A stretch of 64,000 nucleotides of DNA from Trueperaceae bacterium (GCA_965215565.1 CBDCDZ010000004.1:448001-512000); one strand, 5' to 3'. Positions 19,604 to 30,503 are shown, counted from the stretch's first letter. Notes: generated from the sequence alone by a model not told the origin. A program made the numbers and translations.

Positions 19604-20491
19604 ATGAATCCGGTAATCGTGCTTCACGGCGGCGCGGGGACGATCCGCGCCGAGGACAGAGAGAACTACGTGGCGGGGCTTTTAGCCGCGCGGGAGGCGG
19701 GCTACGCGGCGCTGCGAGCAGGGGAGCACGCGCGCGCGGCGGTGCTCGTCGCCGTCGCCATGATGGAGGACGACGAAAGAGCGTTCAACGCGGGCACGGG
19801 CGGCTCGCCGAACCGTGAGGGCGTCGTCGAATGCGACGCGGCGGTGATGGCCGGCTGGGACAGAAGCGCGGGCGCGGTGGCGGCGGTAACGAACGCGAAG
19901 AACCCCATTTTGCTCGCGGAAGAGGTGCGTCTGACGTCGCCGCACCTCTTCCTCGTCGGCGCGGGCGCGGAAGCCCTCGTGGACGCGCCCATCGACAACC
20001 GAACGCTGCTCACCGCGCGGACCAGGAGGGCGCTCCGCGAGTGGCGCGAGAAGAAGTTAGCCCCTGCGAACTCGGCGACGGTGGGCGCGGTAGCACTAGA
20101 CCAACGGGGACGCCTCGCCGCCGCGACGAGCACGGGCGGCGTCTTGGGCAAGTGGCCGGGGCGCGTGGGCGACTCGCCTCTCATCGGCGCGGGGACGTAT
20201 GCGGACGCGCACGTCGCGGTGTCTTGTACGGGCAAGGGGGAGGCGTTTACAAAGGCGGTGACGGCGAAGAGCCTAGCGACGCGGCTGCACTACGAGCGGG
20301 ATTTGAACAGCGCAGTCGAAGCGGCGTTGGAAGAGGTCAAAACGTTAGAGGGTACGGGCGGGCTTATCACAGTCACAGCAGACGGGCGGGTATGCGTGGG
20401 CTTCAACACGCCGCATATGGCGTACGCCTGGAAAAGTGACGAGGCAGAGGACGCCCGAGTGAGGCTCGAGGCGGGCCTCTATCACCCATGA
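19604..20491 (+). CDS. iaaA: Isoaspartyl peptidase / plant-type L-asparaginase
   Basis: LHGGAG, FNAG, TVGAVA nucleophile, AATSTGG, GRVGDSP. Confidence 0.9.
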   Translation: MNPVIVLHGGAGTIRAEDRENYVAGLLAAREAGYAALRAGEHARAAVLVAVAMMEDDERAFNAGTGGSPNREGVVECDAAVMAGWDRSAGAVAAVTNAKNPILLAEEVRLTSPHLFLVGAGAEALVDAPIDNRTLLTARTRRALREWREKKLAPANSATVGAVALDQRGRLAAATSTGGVLGKWPGRVGDSPLIGAGTYADAHVAVSCTGKGEAFTKAVTAKSLATRLHYERDLNSAVEAALEEVKTLEGTGGLITVTADGRVCVGFNTPHMAYAWKSDEAEDARVRLEAGLYHP

Positions 20492-20502
20492 GACGCTTAA
20501 CT

Positions 20503-20547
20503 GGTTAGAAAGAAGCGAAGAGGTGGAGCCCCACCTCTTTTCTAACC
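20503..20547. terminator. Hairpin between convergent iaaA and gnd
   Basis: AAGAGGTGG-AGCC-CCACCTCTT with outer GGTTAGAAA/TTTCTAACC arms. Confidence 0.7.
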
Positions 20548-20558
20548 GACTCGCAACC

Positions 20559-22010
20559 TCACGCCTCGTAAGACCCTGACGGTACGTCGCCGCCGTGCCC
20601 CGTCCAATCGGTGTGGAAGAACTCGCCGCGCTCTTTGTCCACGCGCTCATATGTATGCGCGCCGAAGTAGTCGCGCTGGGCTTGCAAGAGGTTGGCGGGC
20701 AGCCGTGCGGTGCGGTAGCCGTCATAGAAGGCGAGGGCGCTGGACGAGGCGGGCACCGGAATCCCTAGCGCGACGGCTTTGGCGACGACGCGCCGCCACG
20801 CGCTTTGGCATTCGTCGATCTGTTTTTTGAAAAAGGGCGCGAGCAGGAGGTTTTGCAACCCTTCGTCGTTCTGGTACGCCTCCATGATGTCGCTCAAAAA
20901 GGCGGAGCGGATGATGCAGCCGCCGCGCCACATCTGCGCGATGCCCGAGTAGTTGAGGTTCCAACCGTACTCGTCGGCGGCTGCGCCCATGAGCATGTAG
21001 CCCTGCGCGTACGAGGTGATCTTGGCGGCGAAAAGGGCTTGCTCGAGGTCTTGCAAAAAGGCCTCTTTGTCCACCTCTACGCCCTCACTCGGTCCCTCTA
21101 AGATTTTCGACGCTTCTTCACGCTCGTGCTTTAAGGCCGAGAGGAAGCGCGAAAAGACCGCCTCGCCGATGAGGGTCAAGGGAATGCCCTGCTCCAGAGC
21201 GGCAACAGCCGTCCATTTGCCCGTGCCCTTTTGCCCAGCGGTGTCTAAAATCTTGTCCACCAAGGGCGAGCCGTCGTCGTCTTTCGCCTTGAAGATTTCG
21301 CCCGTGATTTCAACCAGGTACGAGTCGAGCCTGCCCTTGTTCCACTCTCTAAAAGTCTCGCCGATCTCGTCCGTATCCATGCCCAGTGCGGACTCCATCA
21401 AGTGATACGCCTCGCAGATGAGCTGCATGTCGCCGTACTCGATGCCGTTATGCACCATCTTGACGAAGTGACCTGCGCCGTTCTCGCCCACCCAGTCGCA
21501 GCAGGGCACGTCGTCTACCTGCGCGGCGATGCTCTGGAAGATGTCTTGGACGTGCTCCCAGGCTCCAGGCGTGCCGCCCGGCATAATGGAGGGACCGTTG
21601 CGCGCGCCCTCCTCGCCGCCCGAGATGCCCGTGCCGATGTAGCGCAGACCCTTCGCCTCGAGTTCTTCGGCGTGCCGTATCGAGTCGTGGTGGTTCGCGT
21701 TGCCGCCGTCAATGATGATATCACCCTCGTCGAGCAGCGGCAGGAGCTGCTCGATAACCTTATCCACCGCGCTGCCCGCTTTGACCATGAGCATGACGCG
21801 GCGCGGTTTTTCAAGTGCCGCTACCATGTCCTCTAGCTCCTCGAAGCCTTCGACGTTCGTGTCCGAGGCGGGTCCGGCGATGAAGTCGGTCATCTTCGAG
21901 GTGGTGCGGTTGTAAACCGCCACGTTGAAGTCGTGGTCGTCCATGTTCAAGACCAAGTTTTGACCCATTACCGCGAGTCCGATAAGCCCGATGTCTGCTT
22001 TTGCGTCCAT
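20559..22010 (-). CDS. gnd: NADP-dependent 6-phosphogluconate dehydrogenase
   Basis: GLAVMG, YNRT, KMVHNGIEYG, QKGTGKWT, QAQRDYFGAHTY. Confidence 0.97.
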   Translation of the reverse strand: MDAKADIGLIGLAVMGQNLVLNMDDHDFNVAVYNRTTSKMTDFIAGPASDTNVEGFEELEDMVAALEKPRRVMLMVKAGSAVDKVIEQLLPLLDEGDIIIDGGNANHHDSIRHAEELEAKGLRYIGTGISGGEEGARNGPSIMPGGTPGAWEHVQDIFQSIAAQVDDVPCCDWVGENGAGHFVKMVHNGIEYGDMQLICEAYHLMESALGMDTDEIGETFREWNKGRLDSYLVEITGEIFKAKDDDGSPLVDKILDTAGQKGTGKWTAVAALEQGIPLTLIGEAVFSRFLSALKHEREEASKILEGPSEGVEVDKEAFLQDLEQALFAAKITSYAQGYMLMGAAADEYGWNLNYSGIAQMWRGGCIIRSAFLSDIMEAYQNDEGLQNLLLAPFFKKQIDECQSAWRRVVAKAVALGIPVPASSSALAFYDGYRTARLPANLLQAQRDYFGAHTYERVDKERGEFFHTDWTGHGGDVPSGSYEA

Positions 22011-22173
22011 GTCGCCTCCATTTTGATGCTCGGCTTAGGTTGTCGCTACGCTACTGTTTACCATAGCGATGACGAAGGGGGAAGAGTGTAGCGCTTTGGA
22101 CAGAAGCGAGACAGCAAGTGAGTACCGAGCAGTGAGTTGAAAGTGAAAGGCTCTAATATTCACTCACTGCTCC

Positions 22174-22890
22174 TCAAAATACAAGCGTCAGTCCTAACAC
22201 GACGATGGCGACGTTTATGAGGCGCTCGAGCCTCCCCTGCGGCACGCGCTTCGCGAGCTTATGTCCCGCAAAAATCGCCACTACCGTGAGCGGCAGCGCA
22301 AAGGCGTAGAGCCGCCACACCTGCGCGCTCCAGAGCCCAGTCGCGCCGTGCGACGTCGCAATGAGTAGGCTTGTCGCGATGAAGTAACCCTGTAAACTCG
22401 CCCTAAAAACCTCCGGCGGCCACCGCCTCAGCCCGCCGTAGAGCACCGCCACCGGACCGCTCACGTTGTACGCGCCGCCGAAAATCCCCGAGAGCACCCC
22501 GAGACCGAACGTGAGCACGGGATGGTGCAGGGCGGGCAAAGGGGGTTGGGTCAACCTGAAAAGACCGAAACTCATCAGCACAACGCCCAGCGTGACGATG
22601 AGCGCGTCACCGCTAAAACGGACCAAGAGAAGTGCGCCGATAGGAATGCCAATCGCCGACGCGCCGAGAAAGGGCGCAACAGAGCGCATGTCCACCTTTT
22701 GCCAGGAGAGCAGCAGCATGAGGACCGCCGTCGAGACGCCTGTGAGCCCGACGAGCGGTGTGGCCACCTCTAAACTCACCACCAGAACGAGCAGCGACAT
22801 GGCGATGAGGGCGTCGCCGAAGCCCACCGTCGCGCGGACAAAGGCGGCGAAGGTGACAATGAAGAGCACGGCAACGTCAGCGGGAAGCAT
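22174..22890 (-). CDS. TauE/SafE family membrane exporter
   Basis: Two VGFG / GGAY..GP half-repeats, about 8 TM; TACGAT -10 lies 7 nt before ATG 22890. Confidence 0.85.
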   Translation of the reverse strand: MLPADVAVLFIVTFAAFVRATVGFGDALIAMSLLVLVVSLEVATPLVGLTGVSTAVLMLLLSWQKVDMRSVAPFLGASAIGIPIGALLLVRFSGDALIVTLGVVLMSFGLFRLTQPPLPALHHPVLTFGLGVLSGIFGGAYNVSGPVAVLYGGLRRWPPEVFRASLQGYFIATSLLIATSHGATGLWSAQVWRLYAFALPLTVVAIFAGHKLAKRVPQGRLERLINVAIVVLGLTLVF

Positions 22891-22924
22891 GGAAGGTATC
22901 GTAGCAGCAAGCAAAGGAGACCTT

Positions 22925-23944
22925 ATGTCTGATATCCCCACCACCATGAACGCCCTGCAACTCTCCACTTACGAGGGTTTGGACGCGCTCGAGGTTGTAC
23001 AAAAAGAGGTGCCCGCGCCGCGCGAGGGTCAAGTCCTCGTCCGCGTGGAGGCGGCGGCGGTCAACCCCTCTGACCTCATGTTCATACGCAATTTGTACGG
23101 CTTCAAAAAACCTCTGCCCACCGTGCCCGGCTTCGAGGCGAGCGGCGTGATAGTCGCGGGCGAGGGCGCGTACGCAAGGTGGCTCATCGGCAAGCGCGTG
23201 GCGTGCGGCGTGCAGCAAGAAGGGGACGGCACGTGGGCGCAGTACGTTTTGGTGGACGCGGTGATGTGCTTGCCCCTTTTGAAACGGGTGAGCCTCGAGC
23301 AAGGCGCGATGCTTTTAGTCAACCCTTTTACCGCGTGGGGTCTGGTCGAGCGGGCACGGCAGGGCGGACACCGCGCCGTGGTGCAGAGCGCCGCCGCGAG
23401 CGCATTAGGGCGGATGGTGCTGAAACTCGGTCAGAGGTTTAAGCTGCCGATGGTTCACGTTGTGCGCCGCGACGAGCAAGTCGAACTGCTGAGAGGTCTA
23501 GGCGCGGAGCACGTCTTGAACAGCAGCCTTTCTAACTTTGATAAAGACTTGAAAGAGGTCTGCCACCGCCTCGACGCGACTTTCGCTTTCGACGCGGTGG
23601 CGGGCGACATGCCGCAGCGACTCCTCTACGCGATGCCGCGCAGCAGTAAGGTCCTGGTTTACGGCGCACTGTCAGAAGAACCCATCCGCTTAGACCCGAG
23701 AGGTCTCATCTTTGAAGACCAAAGAGTCGAAGGCTTTTGGCTCTCGGACTACCTGGAGAACCTAGCGCTGCCCAACTTCCTCCTACGCACCGTGCGCGTC
23801 CAACGCGCCTTAGGGACGGACTTACGTGCAGATATTCGCGGACGATATGCGCTCGAGAATGCGGTTGAAGGAATTAGAGCGTACGAGCAGAACATGACGG
23901 AGGGAAAGATTTTGCTTACGCCGAATGGAGCCGTTGGCTCCTAG
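22925..23944 (+). CDS. MDR-family NADPH oxidoreductase (enoyl/quinone reductase-like)
   Basis: VNPSD, PGFEASG, VNPFTA, AAASALG, VYGAL; AAGGAG RBS. Confidence 0.85.
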   Translation: MSDIPTTMNALQLSTYEGLDALEVVQKEVPAPREGQVLVRVEAAAVNPSDLMFIRNLYGFKKPLPTVPGFEASGVIVAGEGAYARWLIGKRVACGVQQEGDGTWAQYVLVDAVMCLPLLKRVSLEQGAMLLVNPFTAWGLVERARQGGHRAVVQSAAASALGRMVLKLGQRFKLPMVHVVRRDEQVELLRGLGAEHVLNSSLSNFDKDLKEVCHRLDATFAFDAVAGDMPQRLLYAMPRSSKVLVYGALSEEPIRLDPRGLIFEDQRVEGFWLSDYLENLALPNFLLRTVRVQRALGTDLRADIRGRYALENAVEGIRAYEQNMTEGKILLTPNGAVGS

Positions 23945-24033
23945 CGAGTCAGCACTTCAGCAGGTCAGCGAGTCAGGAAAAACTTGAAGTGCTGATTAGC
24001 TCCCACACCGAACTACCTCTCCCTCAACGAGAC

Positions 24034-25353
24034 CTAACCGACGACGAATAACCCCGCAATCGCCGCGCTCATCAGGTTCGCCAGCGTCGCCCCCGCCACT
24101 GCGTAGAGCCCCAAGCGGGCGATGTCGGCGCGTCTCGAGGGCGCAATCCCACCCAGACCACCGAGTAGAATCGCCAAGGACGCGAAGTTGGCAAAGCCCG
24201 TCAAGGCAAAGGTGATGATCGCTTCGGTGCGCGTGCCCAAATCGCCCAACACATCCTGAAAGGCGATAAAGGCGACGAACTCGTTGACGACGATTTTTTG
24301 CCCGATGAAGTTGCCCGCTAAGGGTGCGTCCGCCCAGGGTACGCCGATGACAAAGGCTAAAGGCGCGAAGAGGTAGCCCAGAAGCTGCTCGAAGGAGAGT
24401 TCGGGGTAGCCGAAGAGCCCGCCGATACCCCCGAGCAAACCGTTGATCAGCGCGATTAGACCGACGAAGGCGAGCAGCATCGCGCCGACATTGAGGGCGA
24501 GCTGTAGCCCGTCCGACGCGCCCCTCGCCGCCGCGTCAAAGACGTTGGCGGCGTCCGCAGCGCTCTCCCCACTCTCGTCCTCCCTCGCTTCGGTTTCTCT
24601 ATCGACCTCTTCGCTCTCCTTGTCTTCAGACGAGACGGACCCGTCGTCCTTAGCCGAGACCTTATCGTCTGATTCGGCGTCGGCAGTTTCGGGGATAATG
24701 AGCTTGGCGAAGAGAAGCCCTGCAGGTGCCGCCATGAAACTGGCGGCGATGAGGTACTCGAGCCGAATCCCTAGCTGCGCATACCCCGCCAAGACCGAAC
24801 CCGCCACCGACGCTAGCCCCCCCACCATCACCGCGAAGAGTTCGGACTCGGTCATCTTGGCGATGTAGGGGCGCACTGTTAGAGGCGCTTCGGTCTGCCC
24901 CACAAAGACGTTCGCGCTCGCCGATAAGGACTCGGGGCGGCTCGTCCCCAAGAGTTTCGCGAGCGCGCCGCCTAAAAGCCGCACGATCCACTGCATGATG
25001 CCCAAGAAGTAGAGCACCGAAATCAGTGACGAGAAAAAGACGATGATGGGCAAAACTTGAAACGCGAAGACCGTCCCCAAATTCTGACTGATCTCCGAGT
25101 TTGGCGAGGTGAGCCCGCCAAAGAGGAAGTTGATGCCCTCGTTCGCGTAGCCAATCACGTTTTGCACGCCCATTGAAACCGCCTGTAGCGCCTGCCGACC
25201 CAGAGGCCAGCGCAGCACGATGAAGCCGAACAACACCTGAATGGCGAGCGCACCTAAGACCGTACGCGGGCTGATGCTACGCTTATGTTTGGAGAGTAGA
25301 AATCCTAAGCCGAGTAGCGCCATCATGCCGAGAAGACTGATCAGACGTTCCAC
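24034..25353 (-). CDS. NupC/CNT family nucleoside transporter
   Basis: [44 protein letters not shown] before GTG 25353. Confidence 0.93.
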   Translation of the reverse strand: MERLISLLGMMALLGLGFLLSKHKRSISPRTVLGALAIQVLFGFIVLRWPLGRQALQAVSMGVQNVIGYANEGINFLFGGLTSPNSEISQNLGTVFAFQVLPIIVFFSSLISVLYFLGIMQWIVRLLGGALAKLLGTSRPESLSASANVFVGQTEAPLTVRPYIAKMTESELFAVMVGGLASVAGSVLAGYAQLGIRLEYLIAASFMAAPAGLLFAKLIIPETADAESDDKVSAKDDGSVSSEDKESEEVDRETEAREDESGESAADAANVFDAAARGASDGLQLALNVGAMLLAFVGLIALINGLLGGIGGLFGYPELSFEQLLGYLFAPLAFVIGVPWADAPLAGNFIGQKIVVNEFVAFIAFQDVLGDLGTRTEAIITFALTGFANFASLAILLGGLGGIAPSRRADIARLGLYAVAGATLANLMSAAIAGLFVVG

Positions 25354-25579
25354 CGTGACCTCCTTCAAAGTTAGCAGAGCCTAACATGGTATGAGGAGGG
25401 GTTGACTTGGGACTCAGACCTTTTACGCAAGTTTCCACCTGCACGCAACTTTGCGGTTGCTCCAGATGATAAGCTCGAGCGTTTTGAGTCAGCCGTGACG
25501 TGTAGTTCATTCACTTTTGCACCTGAACACGATTGGGCGTAGACGGTTACTCCTCTCTCGAGCCTCGAGTCCCTTTTCT

Positions 25580-25690
25580 TAGCAGTTCCACTTATTGTTG
25601 CACCACTTCTCCGCAGATATCATCGCTTAAAGTGTGTGCTAAGCAATGTTCTCTCAGGTGAGAGCGTAGATGACCAGATGATACCTGCTT
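25580..25690 (+). repeat. Repeat family A, copy 2, ending just before the TRIC start codon
   Basis: TAGCAGTTCCAC...GCAGATATCATC...AAAGTGTGTGCTA...GACCAGATGATACCTGCT. Confidence 0.8.
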
Positions 25691-25691
25691 T

Positions 25692-26333
25692 ATGAACCTC
25701 TTGGACCTCTTCGACTTCATCGGCACTGCCGTCTTCGCCATCACAGGCGCGTTAGCCGCAGGCAGTAAGCGCATGGATATCTTTGGCGTTGTGGTCTTAG
25801 GTGGCGTCACTGCGCTTGGCGGCGGCACACTTCGCGACGTGATCTTGGGCGCTCATCCTATCTTTTGGATTGAAGATACGAGCTACCTCTGGGTCGCCGC
25901 GCTCGCCGCCATCGTCACCTTCTTCTCGTCGCGCTACTGGACGCTCCACCAAAAGACGCTTCTCTATGCGGACGCGCTAGGACTCGCAACCTTTACCGTC
26001 ATCGGTTTCCAGCGGGGCTACCAGGAGACGGGTCTCTACAGCGTCGGCATCGTCATGGGCGTGATGACGAGCGTGGTGGGCGGCATGATTCGGGATGTGT
26101 TGGCGGGCGACATTCCGCTCATCTTGCGCCGCGAAATCTACGCCTCGGCAAGTCTTTGCGGCGCTGTCTTGTACGCGCTACTCTGGAGTTTAGCCGTACC
26201 TAACCTCTTCGCCGCACTTACCGCCGCATTCGTGACGCTCGGCATCCGCGTCGCCACAATACGCCGCAACGTATCGCTGCCAGTTTTATACTTAGAGAAT
26301 GGGCGAGGGGATGCGGACGAGCGAGGGCGCTAG
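25692..26333 (+). CDS. Trimeric intracellular cation channel family (UPF0126/YadS-like)
   Basis: FAITGA, ALGGGTLRD, DALGL, GGMIRD, EIYA. Confidence 0.92.
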   Translation: MNLLDLFDFIGTAVFAITGALAAGSKRMDIFGVVVLGGVTALGGGTLRDVILGAHPIFWIEDTSYLWVAALAAIVTFFSSRYWTLHQKTLLYADALGLATFTVIGFQRGYQETGLYSVGIVMGVMTSVVGGMIRDVLAGDIPLILRREIYASASLCGAVLYALLWSLAVPNLFAALTAAFVTLGIRVATIRRNVSLPVLYLENGRGDADERGR

Positions 26334-26422
26334 CGCTTGTGTATTTCCCTAAAATGGCAACCACATCTTTATCTTAGCCTTACGGTAGACTCACCTTAAT
26401 TCACGAGATTTAGGGGAGACCG

Positions 26423-29400
26423 ATGACGCACACACGCATGTTTCGGCTTTTGATGACGCTGCTTTTGGGGGCGATCCTATTTCAGTTCGTCGCGGCACAA
26501 GAGGGTGACAGCGCTGCGCGCATCCACTACACCCGCCCGGATGGAGTGTACGAAGGCTGGCGGCTTCACGTGTGGGAGGACACTACGCAACCCACCGAGT
26601 GGGAAAACGGCTTGGAGATTTCGGGCGAGGACGAATACGGCGTCTACTGGGACGTCGGTTTGACCGAGAATGCGCAGACGCTCAACTTCATCGTCCATAG
26701 AGGCGACGAGAAAGACCCCGGTCCCGATATGAGCTTGGACCTCGGCGAGATGGGGCGAGAGGTATGGCTCGTGTCGGGGGACAGCACGCTTCATACGGAG
26801 CAGCCGAGTGGTGAAGAGGTCATGGCTTCGGTAGGCGACCTCAGTCAAGCAGAAGCGTACTGGCTCCGCGCCGATACGCTCGCCTTGGATACGAGCGGCT
26901 TGCCGGAAGGCGCGCAGTTTTCACTCGTTTATGCGGCGGACGCGGTCTTAAACGCGGAGAATTTGGACGCGGGCGAAGCGTTTCCGCTGAGCTTGGATGA
27001 AGATGGACTCAGTGAAGAGGTTAGGGAGGCCTTTCCGCATTTAGCTGAGCTTTCCAGGCTCGAGCTGACAGACCCCCCCAACGCCCCCGACCTCTTGCGC
27101 GGTCAACTCGCGCTCGTGGTGAGGGACGCCGAGGGCAACCTTTTAGACGCGACGGGTGTGCAGATTCCGGGTGTCCTAGACGACCTCTACGCCGAAGCTG
27201 CCTACGACGAAGCGCTCGGCGTGGTGTGGGACGGTGATACACCTACGGTGCGCGTGTGGGCTCCGACGGCGCAGAACGTGCGGCTGCACCTCTTTGGGCG
27301 TCCGAATGGCGAGGCGGACGAGGTACTTGACATGACCTACGACGCCGCCACCGGAATCTGGAGCGTCACGGGCGACGCGAATTGGAGCGAGCGGTACTAC
27401 CTCTTCGAGACGACGGTCTACGCGCCCTCTACGCAGCAGATTGAGACCAACCTCGTCACCGACCCCTATTCGCACTCCTTGGCGCTGAACAGCACCCATT
27501 CGCAGATCGTGAATTTGGATAGCCCCGAACTTCAGCCCGAAGGCTGGACAGACTTGGAGAAACCACCGCTCACCTCGACCAGAGACAGCGCCGTGTACGA
27601 ACTCCACATGCGCGACTTCAGCGTGGGTGACGAGACCGTACCCGAGGAGGCGCGCGGCACATACCTAGCCTTTACCCAGCCCGACTCAGACGGCATGACG
27701 CACCTCAAATCTTTAGCCGCAGCAGGCTTGACCCACCTTCACCTCTTGCCGACGTTCGACATTGCTACGATCAACGAGGACAAATCCGCGTGGGAAGAAC
27801 CGGCGGGCGACCTCTCCTCGTACGGTCCCGCCGCCGAGGAGCAGCAAGCCGCCATCGGCGAGGTTCGTGAGCAAGACCCCTACAACTGGGGCTATGACCC
27901 GTACCACTACACCGTGCCCGAGGGAAGTTACGCTACGGAGCCGATGGGTACGCCGCGCCTTGTGCAGTACCGCGAGATGGTGAAGGCCTTGAATGAGGCG
28001 GGGCTGCGCGTCGTGATGGACGTCGTGTATAACCACACGAACGCGAGCGGGCAGAGTGAACGCTCCGTGCTCGATAAGGTCGTGCCCGGCTACTACCACC
28101 GCCTCACCTTGGAGGGCGAGGTGGAGACCTCCACGTGTTGCCAGAACACCGCTACGGAGCACAAGATGATGGAAAAGCTGATGGTGGACTCGCTCGTGAC
28201 GTGGGCGAAAGACTACAAGGTAGACGGCTTCCGCTTCGACTTGATGGGGCATCATATGGTGGAGAACATGGTTGCCGTCAAGGAGGCGCTCGGCGCGCTC
28301 ACACTAGAAGAGGACGGCGTGGACGGCGCGAGCATCCTCCTCTACGGCGAAGGCTGGAACTTCGGCGAGGTGGCGGACGGGGCGCGGGGACTCAACGCCA
28401 CGCAGCTCAACACGGGCGGCCTGGGGATTGCCACCTTTAACGACAGGCTCCGCGACGCGGTGCGCGGCGGCGGTCCCTTCGATAGTGGCACCGATCTGGT
28501 GACCAATCAAGGCTTTATCAACGGGCTCTTTTACAACCCGAACGCTCAAGTCGAAGCGTCCGAAGCGGAGCAGCGCGAGGCGCTCCTACGCGCCGCCGAT
28601 CAAATCCGCGTGGGGCTGACGGGGAACCTGTCGAGCTACACCTTCCAGAATGCGCAGGGCGAAGAGGTGAGCGGCGCGGCGGTAGACTACAACGGCTCAC
28701 CCGCCGGGTACACCGAAGCGCCGCAAGAGGCCGTGACCTACGTCTCGGCGCACGACAACCAGACCTTGTGGGACAATAGCGAGTACAAGCACCCCGCTGA
28801 CCTCTCCATAGACGAGCGTGTGCGGGCGCAGAACCTGGGGCTCAGCGTCGTCGCGCTTTCACAGGGCACGCCCTTCTTTCACGCGGGCAGCGAACTGCTG
28901 CGCTCGAAATCCTTAGACCGCGACTCGTACGACTCGGGCGACTGGTTCAACGCCCTCGACTACAGCTTTGAAACCAACAACTGGGGCGTCGGCTTGCCGC
29001 CTGCGTGGTCGAATGAGGACAACTGGTCCGTCATGACGCCGATCTTACAGGGGCGTGAAGCGCCGGAAGAGGTGCATATCGAGAGGTCAGCGGAGCACCT
29101 GCGCGAGATGCTCGCCATCCGCCAAAGCGCTCCCCTCTTCCGCTTGGAGAGCGCCGAGGCGGTGCAGAACCAGTTGGCCTTTCACAATACGGGTCCCGAG
29201 CAAATCCCCGGTGTGATCGTGATGAGCTTGCAAGCGGATGATTCAGACGAGCCAGCGTACGGACGCATCGTCGTCGCCTTTAACGCTACGAATGACACGC
29301 AGACCTTAAACGTGCCGCTCACAGAGACCTTTCAGCTTCACCCCGTGCAGCAGGGGAGCGGCGACGAACGGGTCAAGGAGGCGCAACTGAGCGGCGGACA

Positions 29401-29455
29401 GCTCCGCGTGCCCGCTCGCACGACGGCTGTGTTTGTCACGGCAGGAGATAACTAG
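26423..29455 (+). CDS. pulA: Secreted pullulanase-type alpha-1,6-glucosidase (CBM41 + GH13)
   Basis: Signal peptide; IHY.RPDG.YEGW CBM41; YNWGYDP, DVVYNH, GFRFDLM, YGEGW, YVSAHDN. Confidence 0.93.
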   Translation: MTHTRMFRLLMTLLLGAILFQFVAAQEGDSAARIHYTRPDGVYEGWRLHVWEDTTQPTEWENGLEISGEDEYGVYWDVGLTENAQTLNFIVHRGDEKDPGPDMSLDLGEMGREVWLVSGDSTLHTEQPSGEEVMASVGDLSQAEAYWLRADTLALDTSGLPEGAQFSLVYAADAVLNAENLDAGEAFPLSLDEDGLSEEVREAFPHLAELSRLELTDPPNAPDLLRGQLALVVRDAEGNLLDATGVQIPGVLDDLYAEAAYDEALGVVWDGDTPTVRVWAPTAQNVRLHLFGRPNGEADEVLDMTYDAATGIWSVTGDANWSERYYLFETTVYAPSTQQIETNLVTDPYSHSLALNSTHSQIVNLDSPELQPEGWTDLEKPPLTSTRDSAVYELHMRDFSVGDETVPEEARGTYLAFTQPDSDGMTHLKSLAAAGLTHLHLLPTFDIATINEDKSAWEEPAGDLSSYGPAAEEQQAAIGEVREQDPYNWGYDPYHYTVPEGSYATEPMGTPRLVQYREMVKALNEAGLRVVMDVVYNHTNASGQSERSVLDKVVPGYYHRLTLEGEVETSTCCQNTATEHKMMEKLMVDSLVTWAKDYKVDGFRFDLMGHHMVENMVAVKEALGALTLEEDGVDGASILLYGEGWNFGEVADGARGLNATQLNTGGLGIATFNDRLRDAVRGGGPFDSGTDLVTNQGFINGLFYNPNAQVEASEAEQREALLRAADQIRVGLTGNLSSYTFQNAQGEEVSGAAVDYNGSPAGYTEAPQEAVTYVSAHDNQTLWDNSEYKHPADLSIDERVRAQNLGLSVVALSQGTPFFHAGSELLRSKSLDRDSYDSGDWFNALDYSFETNNWGVGLPPAWSNEDNWSVMTPILQGREAPEEVHIERSAEHLREMLAIRQSAPLFRLESAEAVQNQLAFHNTGPEQIPGVIVMSLQADDSDEPAYGRIVVAFNATNDTQTLNVPLTETFQLHPVQQGSGDERVKEAQLSGGQLRVPARTTAVFVTAGDN

Positions 29456-29495
29456 CGTCTACGGTGTTCAACCTTTATGCCGCTGAACCGAGCCC

Positions 29496-30359
29496 ATGAC
29501 CGCCCCCCTCTACTTCGCCTCGCTCGCCGTTTTAAGTGGTCTTCTCTACCTCGTTGTTTCACTAAGCTCTAAAAGACCGCGCCACGACCGCGACTGGAAA
29601 GTGGACTACGCGCTCACGCCGCGCACCAGTACCAAAGGGCGAGAGGTCACGGTTCACAATTTGCGCGACTTTCGCTATGGTCAAGCGGACGACTCGGGAC
29701 TCCCGGAGGACGTCCATGTTGCGTACGACACGCGGACGTACGACCTGGATAAGCTCGAGTCCTTATGGCTCGTTTTAGAGTCCTTCAGCCGTTTCGACGC
29801 TGTGGCCCACACGCTGCTCAGCTTCGGCTTTTCGGACGGGCGCTACTTAGCTGTCTCCATCGAGGCGCGCATTCCTAGAGGCGAACGCTACGACCTCCTG
29901 CGCGGGCTCTTCAAAACCTTTGAACTCGTGTACCTCTTCGGCGACGAACGCGACCTCATCGCCCGTAGAGCGAAGGTTTTAGACCACGACGTCTACCTCT
30001 ACCCGGTTCGCGCTGCACCTAGCGTCATAAAAGACCTCTTGCTGAGCTACCTTCGCGCCGCCGATAGGCTCATAGAGGAGCCGCGCTTTTACAACAGCCT
30101 GTTCGACAACTGCACGAGCGGTATCGTCAAGCACGTGACCGAGGTGGACCCCTCGGCGCTCTCGCGCTATACGGTAGCGCAGATCGCGCCGGGTTGGTCA
30201 GACCGGATTCTCTATAGCCGCAACTTGATTGACACGGACTTGCCTTTCGAGACGCTGCGCACCCACTTCAATGTGAAAGAGAAAGCTAAGCGGTTTGCGA
30301 CTGACCCCGAGTTTTCGAAGAGGATTCGGGAGGGGTTACAGAGAAGTCCGCCCCGATGA
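29496..30359 (+). CDS. DUF4105 / Lnb N-terminal-like protein
   Basis: N-terminal TM; AHTLLSFGF, SIEAR, ERDLI, FYNSLFDNCT. Confidence 0.85.
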   Translation: MTAPLYFASLAVLSGLLYLVVSLSSKRPRHDRDWKVDYALTPRTSTKGREVTVHNLRDFRYGQADDSGLPEDVHVAYDTRTYDLDKLESLWLVLESFSRFDAVAHTLLSFGFSDGRYLAVSIEARIPRGERYDLLRGLFKTFELVYLFGDERDLIARRAKVLDHDVYLYPVRAAPSVIKDLLLSYLRAADRLIEEPRFYNSLFDNCTSGIVKHVTEVDPSALSRYTVAQIAPGWSDRILYSRNLIDTDLPFETLRTHFNVKEKAKRFATDPEFSKRIREGLQRSPPR

Positions 30360-30503
30360 TTGAACCCTCTCTTCAGAGCGAAGAGAGGGCGCGAAGGGAG
30401 CTGCCTGAGCGTAGCTCAGAGCTACTGCGAGGAATCGCCGGTTTCCGCGTTCAGCACTTTGAGAAGCTGATCATTGGTGAGTTCGGGCTCGTTGGGCAGT
30501 GGT

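Noticed and set aside
22466..22924. N-terminal extension of the 492-aa ORF, and other long antisense or shadow ORFs
   Set aside because: These overlap well-supported opposite-strand genes and are typical high-GC artefacts; the MDR domain starts at 22925 with an RBS.
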